Below are positions 38,653 through 48,740 of a DNA stretch of 64,000 nucleotides, in pieces. The notes beneath the pieces are model-generated. The model saw only the letters and a list, made by a program, of their open reading frames with translations, made no database searches and was not told the DNA's origin. Source of the DNA: a virus (lineage: Duplodnaviria; Caudoviricetes); the IMG/VR virus record IMGVR_UViG_2930578203_000001, positions 57,299 to 121,298 of that record; one strand, 5' to 3'. The position numbers were made by a program, and so were the translations under genes. Each line of letters begins with the position of its first letter. The stretch's first letter is position 1.

Positions 38653-39642
38653 ATGGCGTGGGATTCAGTGCCCTGGTTCACCGAGGGCGGCGCCGAGCAC
38701 AGCTCCGAGGTGGCCCGACTTCTGGCCTACGCGGCGTTCGCCGGCGCCGAGGGCATCATCGGCAACTCGGATCTGCAGGTGAAGGCCCTCAGTTCGCCAG
38801 GGTCCTCGGTGCAGGTCATGACCGGGGCGTGCGCCATCCTCAACCGCGCGGCCGGGGCGAGGTACCAGGCGTACGCCGCACGGCTTCCCAGCGCGGACAC
38901 CGTGAACATCGCGGCGACCGGCGCGACCGCGCGCAGTGACCTGATCGTCGCGCGCATCGAGAACCCCTACAGCTACGGCGAGACGTGGAACCAGCCAGCC
39001 GACCCGACCGTCGGCCCATACATCTTCACCCGGGTCATCTCCGGTGTTCCGAAGACCACGACCCGGGTCAAGCAAGTCCGCGCCGGTGACTCGGCGATCA
39101 CCCTGGCCCGCATCGACATTCCGGCGAACACGTCCGCGATCACCCAGGGCATGATCAAGGACCTGCGGGAGATGGCGAACCCCCGCCGCCGGCGAGTCGT
39201 GCGCGCGCTGCGCGGGACGTGGACCACGCCTGACGAGGTCGGGAACACCAAGTTCCCGAGCTGGGAGGAGTTCCCCAACGGCGCCCGCTGGGACATCGAG
39301 GTTCCTGAGTGGGCCACCAAGGCAACGATCATGGCGACCTGGGCGGGGCTCGACCAGCGCAACGCGAAGGACTCGTACGGCCATCTGCGGGCAGTCCTGG
39401 GGTCTCTGGCGACTCCCATCACGAACTTCAATTGTGACTGGGTCGGCAGCGCTCAGCGGTTCACGTTCGTCGGTGGCGGCGATGTCACCATCCCGGCCTC
39501 CATGCGGGGCAACGTCTACGACCTGGTGCTTGAGGGCTGTGGCGCGTCGAGCGGATACACCGGGGTCCTGGAGGCAGACGGCGGTGCCACGGTCTTCGCG
39601 GACATCGAGTTCGTCGAGGACCCGACGGAGGACGCGGTCTGA
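38653..39642 (+). CDS. Minor tail protein
   Basis: GGAGG RBS; RSDLIVARIENP, ITLARIDIPANTSAIT..MIKDLR, typical of actinophage minor tail proteins. Confidence 0.8.
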   Translation: MAWDSVPWFTEGGAEHSSEVARLLAYAAFAGAEGIIGNSDLQVKALSSPGSSVQVMTGACAILNRAAGARYQAYAARLPSADTVNIAATGATARSDLIVARIENPYSYGETWNQPADPTVGPYIFTRVISGVPKTTTRVKQVRAGDSAITLARIDIPANTSAITQGMIKDLREMANPRRRRVVRALRGTWTTPDEVGNTKFPSWEEFPNGARWDIEVPEWATKATIMATWAGLDQRNAKDSYGHLRAVLGSLATPITNFNCDWVGSAQRFTFVGGGDVTIPASMRGNVYDLVLEGCGASSGYTGVLEADGGATVFADIEFVEDPTEDAV

Positions 39643-40847
39643 TGCAGGGGTGGCGGTTCATCGCGCAGCGCGCCCTCGGCGATGAAGTCCTCGACTGGGA
39701 GGTGCCGTTCGCCCTGTCCTCGAACCCCAAGCGGGACCTGTCCGGGCCGGGGGCGATGACGGGGACCATCACCCCCGAGTACGCGCGCATGATGGGCTCG
39801 GACGGTACCCCGATCCTGCAGGAGTGGGGCACCAAGATGTATCTGGAGATCGAAGGCGACATCCGGTGGGGCGGCATCATCACGAAGACGTCGTTCGACG
39901 GGCCCCAGTTCACCGTCGCCTGCGAGGGGTTCAGCAGCTACCCGCACGGCATCCCGTACGAGAGCTACATCATCTCCGGGAAGAAGATCACGCCCAAGGA
40001 TCCGTACGCCGGTAAGGACAAGAACCATGACGGCTGGGTCGACGGACAGAAGGGCAAGAAGAAGGTCCCTCCGCCGCCGAAGCCGTACGGCGGCCCCCGC
40101 ATCGACGTCTTCGACGGCTTCCGGCACGTCTGGGCTCACGTCCAGGGCAAGCCGGGCGGCAACATCGGCATCAAGGTCGACGCCCACGACCTCGGGGAGC
40201 TCCTGGGCACCTCCAATGGTGAGGACCCGTGGGAACTGGCCTGGTGGGACAACCCCGACTGTGGGCAGGTCCTCGACACCCTGACCACACAGACCCCGTT
40301 CGACTGGCTCGAGACCCACGAGTGGGCGAACGCGACCAGCAACACCATCAACCACCGCATCCGGCTGGGGAAGCCACGCCTCGGCCGCAAGCGCCCCGAC
40401 CTGCGATTCATGGACGGCGAGAACATCGCCGCCATCGCCAAGCCCGAGGGCATGGGCGACGACTACGCCAACGAGGCCATCGTCCTGGGCAAGGGCGAGG
40501 GCAAGAAGATGAAGAGGGCACAGGTCTACCGCCCACGGACCGGCGGCCGACTGCGTCGGGTCGTCACGGTCACCGACAAGACCCTCGCCTCCGACAAGTC
40601 GCTTCGCAGCCGCGGGGACAAGGAGCTTGCCGGCCGCACCGCGAACCTGCAGATCCCCGCCATCCAGATATGGGACCACCCGAACGCCCGCTTCGGATCG
40701 TGGTCCCTGGGCGACGACATCCGCGTCCAGGTGCACGTCCCGTGGGTCGGCGACATCGACGTGTGGCACCGCATCATCGGCGACGAGATCAGCGCGGACG
40801 GCCGCTGCACGCTCACCTTGAAGCGGTCCGACTCCTTCCACTACTGA
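39642..40847 (+). CDS. Baseplate hub/Tal-like minor tail protein
   Basis: LSGPGAMTGTI, IRWGGII, YANEAIVLGKGEG, WSLGDDIRV. Confidence 0.75.
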   Translation: MQGWRFIAQRALGDEVLDWEVPFALSSNPKRDLSGPGAMTGTITPEYARMMGSDGTPILQEWGTKMYLEIEGDIRWGGIITKTSFDGPQFTVACEGFSSYPHGIPYESYIISGKKITPKDPYAGKDKNHDGWVDGQKGKKKVPPPPKPYGGPRIDVFDGFRHVWAHVQGKPGGNIGIKVDAHDLGELLGTSNGEDPWELAWWDNPDCGQVLDTLTTQTPFDWLETHEWANATSNTINHRIRLGKPRLGRKRPDLRFMDGENIAAIAKPEGMGDDYANEAIVLGKGEGKKMKRAQVYRPRTGGRLRRVVTVTDKTLASDKSLRSRGDKELAGRTANLQIPAIQIWDHPNARFGSWSLGDDIRVQVHVPWVGDIDVWHRIIGDEISADGRCTLTLKRSDSFHY

Positions 40848-40857
40848 CCAAATGGCG

Positions 40858-41436
40858 CTACCGGGCGCGCCGCAGAGCCTTCCGCCGGGGATGGGCGGAG
40901 AGGGAGAATCCGTCCTGGACGTGCAGGTTCACGTTGCGCAGGACCCGGCGGCCAAACAGCCGCCGGGATCTACCCTGCAGCGTCTGCGGATGAATCGCGT
41001 CGTGGCCGTAAACGTCGGGGAGAACGTCGCGGATCCACTCAGTTCCATCAGAATCCACGAAGGTCATGTATGCACGTCTGGTGTTGCCCTCAGCTATGCC
41101 GATTGCCTCGCCAACCTCACTCTCTGAGGGGCGGACGATCGAAGCGACACGACGGGTCCTCAGCACGCGGCGACCGTTTGGGTCCCGCGTTTGCTGCTCA
41201 ATGACCAGGTGAACCCCTGACACGGGCCGGTCGGCGAAGTTCTCCACGTGGGGCATGTACTGACGGCTGTCCTCCCCGAATTCCAACCCCTCTAGCCAAC
41301 ACATGACTTGCATGGCTTCGGCCCGTTCCTCTTTCCGGCGGTCTCGAAGCAGGATGTAGAAACCCAGCAGGAGTGATCCGCTGGTCAGGAATGCGCTCAC
41401 CCAGGTGGGGACCGTGCCCCAGTCCAAACCGTGCAT
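40858..41436 (-). CDS. Membrane-anchored moron protein
   Basis: Antisense insert in the tail module; N-terminal DWGTVPTWVSAFLTSGSLLLGFYILL TM; start uncertain (41436 or 41472). Confidence 0.65.
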   Translation of the reverse strand: MHGLDWGTVPTWVSAFLTSGSLLLGFYILLRDRRKEERAEAMQVMCWLEGLEFGEDSRQYMPHVENFADRPVSGVHLVIEQQTRDPNGRRVLRTRRVASIVRPSESEVGEAIGIAEGNTRRAYMTFVDSDGTEWIRDVLPDVYGHDAIHPQTLQGRSRRLFGRRVLRNVNLHVQDGFSLSAHPRRKALRRAR

Positions 41437-41545
41437 CCAAGTTGAGGAAGCGCCACAAGTCAGTCCGCTCATGGCGGCATCTTTCCGTCGATACCGCACG
41501 CGCGAACCTAATTTGAGGCACTTCTGAGGCGCCGCTCTGTGAGCA

Positions 41546-41580
41546 CGCGACGTTAGCTGTGGCCGCCGTTCACCATCCGC
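41546..41580 (+). promoter_or_regulatory. Late-promoter-like motif (copy 11), leaderless
   Basis: CGCGACGTTAGC...CACCATCCGC, ATG at 41585 with no SD. Confidence 0.65.
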
Positions 41581-41584
41581 GGCC

Positions 41585-44500
41585 ATGGCGAACTTCCTCG
41601 ACGATCAGACCGATGCGAAGCGCCTGGCGCAGTTGCTCGACGACTACGACCGGCGCCTCAAAGCGCTGGAACGCACCACCCAAGCCAGCTACACGAGCAT
41701 TGAAGGCGGCTCCCTCGACATCTACGACGACGATGGCGTCCTCAAGGGCAGCGTCGGCGTACAGCCCGACGGCGGCGTCGCCCTGGTCCCGGTCAACACG
41801 ACCCCGCCCCCGACGCCGACCGCCCCGACCGTCGAGGCCGTACTCGCCGGCCTCCTCGTCGGCTGGGACGGGCAATGGGATGACGCCTACACCACCCCCA
41901 CGGACTTCTCCCTCGTACAGGTCCACGTCGGCACGACCGCGGAGTTCACGCCGGACCTGACCACACACGTCGCCACGATCACGGCCCCGCTCGGCGGCAC
42001 CGTGACGATTGCCATCGAGGGCTACGACACCGCGTGGGTGCGCCTGGTCGGCCAGAACACCGGCTCCCTCACCGGCCCCCCGTCGGTGGCCGTACAGGGC
42101 CAGCCCCGGCAGGCCGTGGAGCAGGACCTCATCGACGGCATGGTCACGGAGAAGAAGCTCGCCGAGAGCGCCGTGACCGCCGTGAAAATCGCGCTGGGAG
42201 CTGTCGGCACCACCGCGCTCGCCGACGGGGCAGTCCTCGAGGACAAGCTGGCCAAGGCCGCGGTCACGCTCGGAAAGATCGCCAACGGGGCCGTCACCAT
42301 CAACGCCCTCGGCGGCGCCCTCAGCGACAGTGCGGCTCAGCGCTACGTCGACACGATGAACGACCCGGCGGCCTGGACGGTCACTGACAAGGGCACCGGG
42401 GCCACCTGGGAGCTCCTTACCGGTGTCGCCGATGCCCCGACCAGCCAGCGGGTGGGCCAGTCCACGGGCTACAACCGGCTGCAGGGCACCACGACCATCC
42501 CGTACGAGCCGGGGGTGCTGTACCGGCTGAGCGCCCGGGTGCGCCTCAAGGCCGGAACCAGCGACACGTTCTATGTCGGCATCGCCGGCATCGGCGCGGA
42601 CGGCACGACCCTGGTCAACCGCATGGGTGTCGCCGGAAGCCCGAACTCGCACTACTACGTCGCCGCCTCCGGACGGGCCATCACGCAGGCAGACGGCTGG
42701 GTCACGGTCGTCGGATTCGTGAAGGACCGGGCCGCGACCGGCTCGGCCGGCCCCAACAACGACCCGCGGTCCCCGGGCCTGATACACACCGACGTCCGGT
42801 TCATCGCGCCGTACGTGTGGCTCAACTACACCGGGCAGGGCGCAACGTCGACGAACGTCATGCAAGTCGACTGCGTGACGCTCGAGGCGCTCAAGACGGG
42901 CATCGTCGACTCCGTCAACATCACGGCCGGGGCCGTGAACACCGCGGCGCTTGCCGCGGACGCCGTGACCGCGGGGAAGGTCGCCGCGGACGCGATCAGC
43001 GCCCGGGAGCTGCAGGCGAATTCCGTCACCGCGCTGGAACTGGCGGCCGGGTCCGTCACCGCGAATGCCATAGCGGCCGGAGCCATCACGACGGACAAGC
43101 TCACCGTCACGGGCGGATCGAACATCCTGCCCGACCCCAGTTTCGAGGGCGCGGTCACCGCCTCACTGATCCTCGGCCTCTCCTACGCCACGCAGGACAA
43201 GACCAAGGGCAACGGCTCGGCCGCATCCTTGAAGATCGACGGCCGGTCGGCCACGGCCCTGTACCGGGACGTTCCGCTGACGTTGATTCCTGCGTTGCCG
43301 GGGGATCAGTTCTACCTCGCCACGGACTACTTCGTATCCGCGGACTGGGTGGGCACCTCCCTCAACATTCACGCGCGCTGGGAAGACGCCGCAGGGGCAA
43401 TCGTCGGGTACGGCGTCGTCGGCACGACCGGCACGCCGGTACGGGAAGCATGGGCGCGGATATCCGGCACTGTTACGGCGCCGGCCGGAACGGTCCGCGC
43501 TGCCATCCGTGTGCAGACCGCACTGACGACTGCGGGTGACACCTGGTACGACAACGCGGCGGTCCGTCCGGTGGTCCCGGGGGTTCAGATCGCAGACGGC
43601 GGCATCACCGCGCCGAAGATCCTTGCGGGGGCGGTCACCACCGACAAGCTCCTCGCCCTGGCCGTGACCGCCGAAAAGATCGCGTCCTTGGCGATCACCA
43701 CGGACAAGCTCAACGCGCTCGCCGTGACGGCCGACAAACTCGCGGTGAACTCCGTGACCGCTACCAAGATCGCGGCCGGAGTCATCGACGCCACTCACGT
43801 TAAGGCCGGGTCGCTCACTGCGGACCGGCTCGCGATTGGCGCGGACGGTGGCAACCTGATCGCCGACCCCTCCTTCGAGGGCGCCGTGAGTGTCCAACGC
43901 GTCTCCGGGAGGGCGGCGTGGACGCTCGTCGCCGGCGGCAACGGCACCGCGCAGGCACTGCGCCAGGATGCCACCAACACCGATGAGCTTCCGCTCGTCG
44001 GCCCGATCCCCGCCACGCCTGGTCAAAAGATGTACCTCGCCATCGACTACAACGCCTCCAGCGACTACGTGGGCGAACAGGTCCTTATCTATGCCGAGTG
44101 GCAGGACGCTTCTGGCACCGCCATCGACTGGGCCAACGTCACCACCGGCGCGGGCCCTGTCGTCCGGGGCGCATGGGCGCGAATCGCCGGGATCGGATCA
44201 GTCGTCGCTCCGTCCGGTACCGCGCGGGTAGTCGTCCGCCTCAAGTCGTTCCACTCCACGGCGGGCAGCGTGCTGTGGGACAACGCCGTCGCGCGCTTCG
44301 TGACCGCATCCGGCTACGCCGGAGCGCGAGCCGAGCTGTCGCCGCTCGGGTTGCAGTTGTACGACGAGGAGGGGGAAGAGGCCGTCGCGCTTCTGACCGG
44401 TCGCCCCAACTACCTGACCCTCAGCGCGGTCGGCGTGCCGGTCGCCACAATCGACCAGGAGGGCAAGGCGGGGTTCCAGTCCCTGGCCATCGCTGAGGGC

Positions 44501-45508
44501 TTGACCGTGGGCGGTGACGACATCGCCTCGATCCTCGATCAGCGGCCGCGCGGCATCGTCGCGTACGGCGTGCCCGCAACCACGGTGACATCGACCGGCA
44601 CGGAGATCGGGTTGTTCGAGCTGCCCGCCACAATCGTGGCGGGGCGGATGTACCGCATCAAGTTCCACGCCACGGCCGACTTCGACACCGCCAGCGACGG
44701 CGAGGCCCGCGTGTATCTCCGTGACGGTGGTGCCTCCACACCCTCGATCAACTCGACACTGCGCCAGCACGTCGTCCTGACCCCGTCACACACCGGCCGG
44801 TACTGGACGGCGGAGTTGGAACACATCGTTCCGGCGAGCGCGCTGGGCGCAGGCCTGCACCGGTTCCTGATCTCCTTCGAGAACACCGGCGGCACCACGG
44901 GGCAGACCTTCGAACTCGGCTTGCCGACGACGGGGCGCAGTTGCTACTTCATCGTCGAGGACATCGGCCCGGAGATCCCGAAGACAGGCGGCAACAACAC
45001 CGGCGGCGGCACGGCAGCACCGCCCGTTATCCAGTACACCAAAACGTACTCCGCGACCTGGTCCGGGTCGTACGCGAGCCGCGGCTCGTACAACTCGTAC
45101 TTCGGCAACTCCTGCTACCAGGGCTACTACAGCTCCACCAACGGGATGCAGGCGAGCCTGATCGGTTTCGCCTCCTCTCTGGGCACGGACCTGTCCGGCG
45201 CCACCATCCAGAAGGCGGAGGTCTACCTCTACTTCGATCACTGGTACAGCAACAGCGGTGGGAAGGCCGTGATCAAGGCGCACAAGCACACCTCCCGTCC
45301 GTCGACCTTCTCCTGCGACGCCGAGTCCAAGACCGTGACCTGGGCGAAGAACGAGGGCAAGTGGGTCGACATCACCTCCGTCTTCGACAGCACGACATGG
45401 CGGGGTATTGCCCTGGACCCAAACACCTCCGGCCTGACGTACTACGGCCGCGCGCGCGGCTACGGCCAGACCAATCCCCCGAAGCTGCGCGTCACCTACA
45501 CCAAGTGA
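41585..45508 (+). CDS. Tail fibre/receptor-binding protein with 10-residue 'VTAxKI' repeats and carbohydrate-binding-like modules
   Basis: Repeats AVTAGKVAAD/AVTTDKLLAL; two 'N(I/L)..DPSFEG' CBM-like starts. Confidence 0.85.
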   Translation: MANFLDDQTDAKRLAQLLDDYDRRLKALERTTQASYTSIEGGSLDIYDDDGVLKGSVGVQPDGGVALVPVNTTPPPTPTAPTVEAVLAGLLVGWDGQWDDAYTTPTDFSLVQVHVGTTAEFTPDLTTHVATITAPLGGTVTIAIEGYDTAWVRLVGQNTGSLTGPPSVAVQGQPRQAVEQDLIDGMVTEKKLAESAVTAVKIALGAVGTTALADGAVLEDKLAKAAVTLGKIANGAVTINALGGALSDSAAQRYVDTMNDPAAWTVTDKGTGATWELLTGVADAPTSQRVGQSTGYNRLQGTTTIPYEPGVLYRLSARVRLKAGTSDTFYVGIAGIGADGTTLVNRMGVAGSPNSHYYVAASGRAITQADGWVTVVGFVKDRAATGSAGPNNDPRSPGLIHTDVRFIAPYVWLNYTGQGATSTNVMQVDCVTLEALKTGIVDSVNITAGAVNTAALAADAVTAGKVAADAISARELQANSVTALELAAGSVTANAIAAGAITTDKLTVTGGSNILPDPSFEGAVTASLILGLSYATQDKTKGNGSAASLKIDGRSATALYRDVPLTLIPALPGDQFYLATDYFVSADWVGTSLNIHARWEDAAGAIVGYGVVGTTGTPVREAWARISGTVTAPAGTVRAAIRVQTALTTAGDTWYDNAAVRPVVPGVQIADGGITAPKILAGAVTTDKLLALAVTAEKIASLAITTDKLNALAVTADKLAVNSVTATKIAAGVIDATHVKAGSLTADRLAIGADGGNLIADPSFEGAVSVQRVSGRAAWTLVAGGNGTAQALRQDATNTDELPLVGPIPATPGQKMYLAIDYNASSDYVGEQVLIYAEWQDASGTAIDWANVTTGAGPVVRGAWARIAGIGSVVAPSGTARVVVRLKSFHSTAGSVLWDNAVARFVTASGYAGARAELSPLGLQLYDEEGEEAVALLTGRPNYLTLSAVGVPVATIDQEGKAGFQSLAIAEGLTVGGDDIASILDQRPRGIVAYGVPATTVTSTGTEIGLFELPATIVAGRMYRIKFHATADFDTASDGEARVYLRDGGASTPSINSTLRQHVVLTPSHTGRYWTAELEHIVPASALGAGLHRFLISFENTGGTTGQTFELGLPTTGRSCYFIVEDIGPEIPKTGGNNTGGGTAAPPVIQYTKTYSATWSGSYASRGSYNSYFGNSCYQGYYSSTNGMQASLIGFASSLGTDLSGATIQKAEVYLYFDHWYSNSGGKAVIKAHKHTSRPSTFSCDAESKTVTWAKNEGKWVDITSVFDSTTWRGIALDPNTSGLTYYGRARGYGQTNPPKLRVTYTK

Positions 45509-45521
45509 GGAGGGTCCCGTC

Positions 45522-45920
45522 TTGCCTGCCCTGCCCCTGTCCCTGAACGCCATCTGCGGTCTCGCCTGCGAGCCGACGTTACTTCCCCGCATTCGCATGG
45601 CCATCGCGATGGTTGCGCAGGAAGTATTTGCCGAGCCCCCGGAGACGGCGGGGTACCCCATGCGCTGGAACCTGTCGAAGACCGTGCTCAGCCCCACGGA
45701 GTCGCAGGCCGCGCAAATGATGGTCGGCATCGTCGCCTCGCCGCCCATGCTCGCCGCGGCCGCCGCCGCTGCCGCGGGCGGAGCTACGGACTCGGCGGCC
45801 ATGGCCGCAGCCATCACGGATGACCAGATCCTCGACGCGATCCGAAGGGGCTGGAACGCCGTCGCCGGCGTCGGCCCCACGTACGCCCAGACGAGGCAAG
45901 CCGAGCAGCAGGAGACGTAA
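45522..45920 (+). CDS. Hypothetical protein (contains a TTA codon)
   Basis: GAGGAGG RBS, TTG start; ITDDQILDAIRRGWNAVAG. Confidence 0.7.
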   Translation: MPALPLSLNAICGLACEPTLLPRIRMAIAMVAQEVFAEPPETAGYPMRWNLSKTVLSPTESQAAQMMVGIVASPPMLAAAAAAAAGGATDSAAMAAAITDDQILDAIRRGWNAVAGVGPTYAQTRQAEQQET

Positions 45921-45950
45921 GCGCCCGTCGGGGTGCAGCGTTCTGGGCCG

Positions 45951-45986
45951 CGGGGAGCCGCGGGCCTTCGGGCCCCGGCTCCCGCG
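45951..45986 (+). terminator. GC-rich hairpin, possible terminator
   Basis: GGGAGCCGCGGGCC-TTCG-GGCCCCGGCTCCC. Confidence 0.5.
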
Positions 45987-46019
45987 CACCCCCATCCGAC
46001 TGACGATCTAGGAGGCGCC

Positions 46020-46451
46020 ATGGAATGGCTTATCTCCCTGGCGCCTGTCCTCGGCCCCCTCTTCGGTATGACGGGCGTGCTGGGCGGGGCCTGGATGGTT
46101 CACCGCCGGGAGAACCGTAAGAACAAGAAGGACGCCCATACGGCGGAGGCGAACACCTACGTCGCTTCCGTCCAGACAGTCACGGACGGCTTTACGCAGC
46201 TCCTCGAACAGCAGCGGGCGACAAACGCCCAGACCCTTGAGCGGGTCGCCACTCTGGAGACCAAGCAGACCGCACTTGAGCGGAAGGTCGAGGTCCTGGA
46301 GGAGGAGCAGCGACAGTGGCGGCGCTGGAAGGCGGCCGCGGTTGAGTACATCCACCAGCTTCGCGACCTGGTCGCCAAGCTCTACGAGCGGCCCGTACCA
46401 GCCCCGCCCAGAGAGATCGCGGAAGACCTCGGCGACAGCCCCACCTCCTGA
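46020..46451 (+). CDS. Membrane protein with coiled coil (lysis-cassette type)
   Basis: AGGAGG RBS; N-terminal TM, heptad region, C-terminal PVPAPP. Confidence 0.75.
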   Translation: MEWLISLAPVLGPLFGMTGVLGGAWMVHRRENRKNKKDAHTAEANTYVASVQTVTDGFTQLLEQQRATNAQTLERVATLETKQTALERKVEVLEEEQRQWRRWKAAAVEYIHQLRDLVAKLYERPVPAPPREIAEDLGDSPTS

Positions 46452-46454
46452 GCC

Positions 46455-46489
46455 CGCGACACAAAGCCGGGGCGCCCTCCAGAGTCCGC
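46455..46489 (+). promoter_or_regulatory. Late-promoter-like motif (copy 12)
   Basis: CGCGACACAAAGC...CAGAGTCCGC. Confidence 0.55.
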
Positions 46490-46521
46490 CCGTCACACAA
46501 CCTCGTGAAGGGCAGGACCTC

Positions 46522-46845
46522 ATGTCGCAGACGCTCGAATCCCTCTCCAACGGCGCCCAGGTGGGCGCCGTGCTGCCGCTCCTCACCGCGGTGGTGCAGA
46601 AGCCCGCCTGGTCGGCGAAGTACAAGAAGGTCGTGGCGGTCGTGGCCGCGCTCGTCGCCAGCGTTTTCGCCGTGGCAGCAGACGGCGGATGGGACCAGTT
46701 CCAGCACGGACAGCTCACGGCCGCGACCCTCCTCGGCGTCCTGGCGGCCTCGCAGACGAGCTACGACCTCGTCTGGAAGCCGAGCAAGCTCGCCCCGATG
46801 ATCGAGGCCCTGACCACCAGGAAGACGGCTCAGCAGGCCGAATAG
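46522..46845 (+). CDS. Putative holin
   Basis: 107 aa with 2-3 TM; LPLLTAVVQKPAWS..K, SYDLVWKP. Confidence 0.7.
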   Translation: MSQTLESLSNGAQVGAVLPLLTAVVQKPAWSAKYKKVVAVVAALVASVFAVAADGGWDQFQHGQLTAATLLGVLAASQTSYDLVWKPSKLAPMIEALTTRKTAQQAE

Positions 46846-47157
46846 CGCCCAGGGCACCTGCCCGGCCCTTCGCCGGCGGGTACCATCAACTCTTGAGGTG
46901 GCCGTACCGCTGCCGCGCCAACAGCGTTGAGATAGCCGTCAGGCGTCATTGGATTCTCGGACACCGCGGTGACCCTTCTCCAGGGACGCGCCTGACACCA
47001 GGCGTCGAGACCACCGGGTGCGTGCAGAGCACTCGGGGCCGGGGAGCACTGCTCAGCGATGAGCCGGCACACGCTGTCGCAAAGCTCGGTACGGCCACCT
47101 CTTGCTGCCCCGGCAGCGCCGAGAGCAGCGGGCCCAACCCGAGGAGGAACAGACCGC

Positions 47158-47979
47158 ATGGCCGAAGCACAGGAGATCGAGGCGGAGATCAAACGCCTGT
47201 CAGGCATGTCTCCCGATGGCCTGATGAACGCGGTCGTCCAGTACGTCACCGGCGGGTCCAAGACCGGCGCCCCACGCGACGTCCAAGGCGCGGCACTGCT
47301 CTCCCCTCAGATGGCTCCGCGGACCCTCGATGCGCTGGAGCTGGCCCTCAAGCGGGTGCGCAGCTTCATGCCCCGCCAGGAGGGCGAGAGTAAGAACCAG
47401 CAGGCGGCCCGCATCGCTCCGTTCCGGGCAGCTCTCCAGGCGGCCACGCGGCCGTATGAGGACGTCGTCGACGACCTCGCGCACGAGGAGGCCAAACAGC
47501 TCGCCGCGCTCGACGACGAGACGTTCGCCCGTCGGTGGACGGCGTTCGTCCGCGACCAGCCGGTCACAGGACCGGTGCCGCGACGGGTGCAGGCTCTCGC
47601 CTTCCGCTCACCGAGAGTAGCGAGCAGGGCTGAGGCGATCTGCCGTCTGATGATGGAGGAACCGGCCCGGTTCCTGCCGCCGGCCGCGGCTGGCGAAAGC
47701 CGCAAGGCGCGCGATACCCGAGTCAAGGAGTTCCGCGACCGGGTCCTGACGGAAGCGCGCTTCCTTCGGTACGGCATCCAGTTCGCCGAGGCGCGCCACG
47801 GCCGGATGCCGAGCGAGCCGAACGTTCGATTGCGCGCGCTCCGTCTCCTCGGCCAGCAGCACCCCGAGGAGCTGTCGAGTCTCCTGCGCCAGGTCCGCGA
47901 GGAACTGATGGAAGGGAAGAAGCAGGCGCGCCGAGACGCACGAGCGGTCCGCCGTGCCGCCGGGCAGAGCGCGCCCTAA
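47158..47979 (+). CDS. Hypothetical Arg-rich helical protein
   Basis: GAGGAGG RBS, ATG, 273 aa. Confidence 0.8.
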   Translation: MAEAQEIEAEIKRLSGMSPDGLMNAVVQYVTGGSKTGAPRDVQGAALLSPQMAPRTLDALELALKRVRSFMPRQEGESKNQQAARIAPFRAALQAATRPYEDVVDDLAHEEAKQLAALDDETFARRWTAFVRDQPVTGPVPRRVQALAFRSPRVASRAEAICRLMMEEPARFLPPAAAGESRKARDTRVKEFRDRVLTEARFLRYGIQFAEARHGRMPSEPNVRLRALRLLGQQHPEELSSLLRQVREELMEGKKQARRDARAVRRAAGQSAP

Positions 47980-48740
47980 GGGCGCGACACCGGCCGGGTC
48001 GTGGAAAGAGGGCGCGCCTGGGGCGCGCCCTTCGTCGTCTCCGGGCGCGCGCGATCGGCCCGGCCAGGCGCGCCACTGGCGCGCGCTCGAGGGGAACCGG
48101 CGCGCGCGCTCGATCAGTACCCCGCCGAGCGGCGCGGCCGGACCGCGCGGTCGACGGCGCGCTCGAGGACCCGCGCCCTGCTCGCCGCGCGCCTCCTGCG
48201 CTGGCCCGTTCACCCCGCGCCAGGCAGGCGCGCGCCACGCAGCCCACGGGGCGCGCCTCGATGAATTCGCAGGTCACAGGGCGCGCGCCATCGACTCGGA
48301 GGGGCGCGCCGTCCTGAGCGCGCCATACCGCGCGGCTACGCAGGCGTGGGCGCGCCGGTCGAGATCAAGCGCGCCGCGCCGCGCGAATCGGTGGGCGCGC
48401 TGCGCGCCGATCGGGGGCGCGCCCTTCCCCGGCGCGCGCCATCGCGCGAGTTCGCAGGCGCGCCAAGATCAGCGCGCGGCGCGCCCCACGGAGGCGCGCC
48501 AGGGTCCCGGTGGCGCGCCTCGGATTGCGCGGGCGCGCGGCGCGGGCGCGCCCCGGGAGGCGATCATGGGCGCGCCGGCCACCGATCGGAGGCGCGCCTG
48601 CAGGCGGTGGCAGGGCGCGCCGCGTCCCGTGAGGTGAGGTGAGGTGACGCGGGGAGGGAGACGCGCGAGAGCGGTGGGCGCGCCCCAGAGGCCCCGGGCC
48701 GCCGTCACCTCACGTCACCTCACTGCCCTGCGGGCGCGCT
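47925..48740. repeat. Dense array of GCGCGC/GGCGCGCC palindromes
   Basis: About 33 GCGCGC loci counted by eye in ~820 bp, between convergent genes. Confidence 0.9.
48629..48723. repeat. 21-bp inverted repeat built from GTGAG units
   Basis: GTGAGGTGAGGTGAGGTGACG (48629-48649) vs CGTCACCTCACGTCACCTCAC (48703-48723), 20/21 complementary. Confidence 0.85.

Noticed and set aside
47925-48740. Possible CRISPR array or protein-coding gene in the GCGCGC region
   Set aside because: Repeat unit is only 6-8 bp with irregular spacing, no cas genes; all frames give R/A/G/P low-complexity sequence
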